Below, piece after piece: positions 62,200 through 64,000 of a stretch of DNA of 64,000 nt (the stretch's first letter is position 1; each line of letters begins with the position of its first letter). A program made the position numbers and the translations under genes. Source of the stretch: an uncultured bacterium (GTDB taxonomy: Bacteria; Verrucomicrobiota; Verrucomicrobiia; Limisphaerales; UBA8199); the NCBI GenBank assembly GCA_963749495.1, contig CAVVMW010000006.1, positions 128,001-192,000 on the forward strand, in the 5' to 3' direction. A model generated the notes under the pieces. The model searched no databases. It was not told where the DNA came from and saw only the letters and a list, made by a program, of their open reading frames with translations.

Positions 62200-63648
62200 A
62201 TGAATGACCCTTCCTTCAACCCGGGTCCCGCTCCCACCACCCCGGCCCATTACCACACCGGCGGGCAAGGCCAGGGGAGCGTCCTCTACATGACGCTGCT
62301 GAGCTTGGTGGCAGCGCTGGGCGGGCTGCTCTTTGGGTACGACACGGCGGTGATTTCCGGGGCCATCGAGTTGATGAGGGCGCATTTCGATTTGGACGCG
62401 GTCCAGAAAGGATGGGCGACCGCCTGCACATTGCTGGGATGCGCGCTGGGGGCCGCGTTGGCCGGGTTCCTGAGCGACCGCTGGGGGCGCAGGAACATGC
62501 TGATCCTCTCCGGGGTGTTGTTCCTGGGCTCGGCCCTCGGCACGGCCTTGCCCGGGAGCCTGACGGGATTCGTCGTCTTCCGCGTCCTGTGCGGCCTGGG
62601 GATCGGCGCCGCCTCGATGACCAGTCCGATGTACATCGCGGAGATCAGCCCGGCCCGGATTCGGGGGCGGATGGTGTCGGTCAACCAGTTCGCCATTGTG
62701 TCGGGGATGCTGCTGGTCTATTTCGTCAATTGCTACATTGGGCAGCAGGGGGACGCGGCGTGGAGAGAGGCCAGCGCCTGGCGCTGGATGTTCGGCTCGG
62801 AAGCGGTCCCGGCGGTCTTGTTGCTGGCCCTGTTGTTCTTCGTGCCCGAGACGCCGCGGTTTCTGGTGGCCAAGGGCCGCGTGCAGGAAGCGCGGCGCAT
62901 CCTGGATCGGGTCAATGGGCCGACTGCCGCAGGGCAAGCCCTGCGCGAGATCACCGAGGCGATCGCCCACGAAAGCGGCGCCTTCCGGGAGCTGTTCAAG
63001 CCGGGGCTGCGTGTGGCGCTTGCCATTGGCATCGCGCTGGCCGTCTTGCAGCAGATCACCGGCATCAACGTCTTTCTCTACTACGCGCCGACCATCTTCG
63101 AAAAGCTGGGCGCCGGCGCCAATGCCGCCCTGTGGCAGACCGTGGTGGTGGGCGCGGTGAACCTGCTCTTCACCGTGGTGGCCATCTGGACGGTCGATCG
63201 GTTGGGGCGCAAGCCGCTGATGATCCTCGGCTCGCTCGGCATGGGGGTTTCGCTGGTGGCCATTGGGCTGGCGGCCTGTTTCCAGAAGACCCAGTTGTGG
63301 GTGCTCGCCTTCATTTTGGGCTACATTGCAAGTTTCGCCCTGGCGGTCGGACCGGTGACCTGGGTCATCCTCTCGGAGATGTTCCCCACCCGGATTCGCG
63401 GCCGGAGCATGGCCGTGGCGACCGTCCTGTTGTGGCTGGCGAATTTTGTCGTGTCGCAGACTTTTCCGATGATGGACGACAGCCAGTGGTTGGTAGAGCG
63501 GTTTCATCATGGCTTTCCTTTCTTCCTCTACGCTGGATTTTGCGTGGTGACCATTTTGGTGGTGTGGCGTTTTGTGCCCGAGACCAAGGGCCAATCGCTC
63601 GAGGCGATCGAGAAGCATTGGGTTGGGCAGGGCGAGGAAATAACTTGA
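62200..63648 (+). CDS. Sugar porter family MFS transporter (XylE-like)
   Basis: GGLLFGYDTAVISG, YIAEISPARIRG, PETPR, QQITGIN, PETKG. Confidence 0.95.
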   Translation: MNDPSFNPGPAPTTPAHYHTGGQGQGSVLYMTLLSLVAALGGLLFGYDTAVISGAIELMRAHFDLDAVQKGWATACTLLGCALGAALAGFLSDRWGRRNMLILSGVLFLGSALGTALPGSLTGFVVFRVLCGLGIGAASMTSPMYIAEISPARIRGRMVSVNQFAIVSGMLLVYFVNCYIGQQGDAAWREASAWRWMFGSEAVPAVLLLALLFFVPETPRFLVAKGRVQEARRILDRVNGPTAAGQALREITEAIAHESGAFRELFKPGLRVALAIGIALAVLQQITGINVFLYYAPTIFEKLGAGANAALWQTVVVGAVNLLFTVVAIWTVDRLGRKPLMILGSLGMGVSLVAIGLAACFQKTQLWVLAFILGYIASFALAVGPVTWVILSEMFPTRIRGRSMAVATVLLWLANFVVSQTFPMMDDSQWLVERFHHGFPFFLYAGFCVVTILVVWRFVPETKGQSLEAIEKHWVGQGEEIT

Positions 63649-64000
63649 GCAACGGCATTTGCCTCACCTGCGGTCTGTGCTGCAACGGGGTGATCTTCGC
63701 CGATGTGAAGCTGCGCCCGGGGGAGGCGGCGCGGCTCAAGGCGGGCGGCCTGGCATCATCTGCGCCAGTGCCAACGGAGCGGGGCGGGCCCTGCAAGCTG
63801 GCCCAGCCGTGCGCCGCTTTGGAGGGCTGCCGTTGCCGGGCCTATGCGCAGCGCCCGCGCCACTGCCGGGAATTCGAGTGCCTCCTGCTCAAGAACGTCC
63901 AGGCGGGCCGCCTCGACACAGCGGCAGCCCTGCGCGTGGTCCGCGCCGCGCTCCAGCGCGCCGAAAAGGTCCGTGCCCTGCTGCGCGCCCTGGGCGACAC
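63645..64000 (+). CDS. YkgJ-like Zn/Fe-chelating cysteine-cluster protein (runs off the window)
   Basis: ICLTCGLCCNG...PCAAL..CRCRAYAQRPRHCREFEC. Confidence 0.85.
   Translation, partial: MSNGICLTCGLCCNGVIFADVKLRPGEAARLKAGGLASSAPVPTERGGPCKLAQPCAALEGCRCRAYAQRPRHCREFECLLLKNVQAGRLDTAAALRVVRAALQRAEKVRALLRALGD

Overview
GC-rich bacterial DNA, most likely Verrucomicrobiota (Pedosphaera/Limisphaera-like; inferred from protein style, three DUF1080 genes and LamG/Ig secreted proteins). Many genes carry single-base frameshifts, suggesting an error-prone assembly. Left to right: (1) one end of an integrative element at tRNA-Gln(TTG), with tyrosine integrase, hypothetical gene, excisionase-like HTH and Zn-finger primase; (2) an MglA/MglB small-GTPase locus with a repeat-domain/roadblock fusion, a REC-DUF4388-roadblock-like regulator and another roadblock-like protein; (3) clpS-DUF2017-like-aat, yqgE and proS; (4) a TA/nuclease/Rpn islet bounded by a duplicated proS 5' end; (5) an accessory stretch with argD and peptidase fragments, a DUF6057-like/TolB-like pair, a LamG-Ig protein and a decayed ISAs1-like element that cuts an ATPase-DUF4276 pair; (6) porin-pstSCAB-phoU with a candidate PHO box; (7) a glycan-utilisation cluster containing a three-level nested insertion (MITE > REP > tandem IS dimer); (8) a second TA/defence islet (HNH pair, Schlafen/AlbA_2 fusion, two antitoxins); (9) a sugar porter. 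Recurrent themes are PIN toxins reduced to stubs beside intact antitoxins (three cases) and about nine families of REP-like palindromic repeats. All family assignments are by eye, without database searches.
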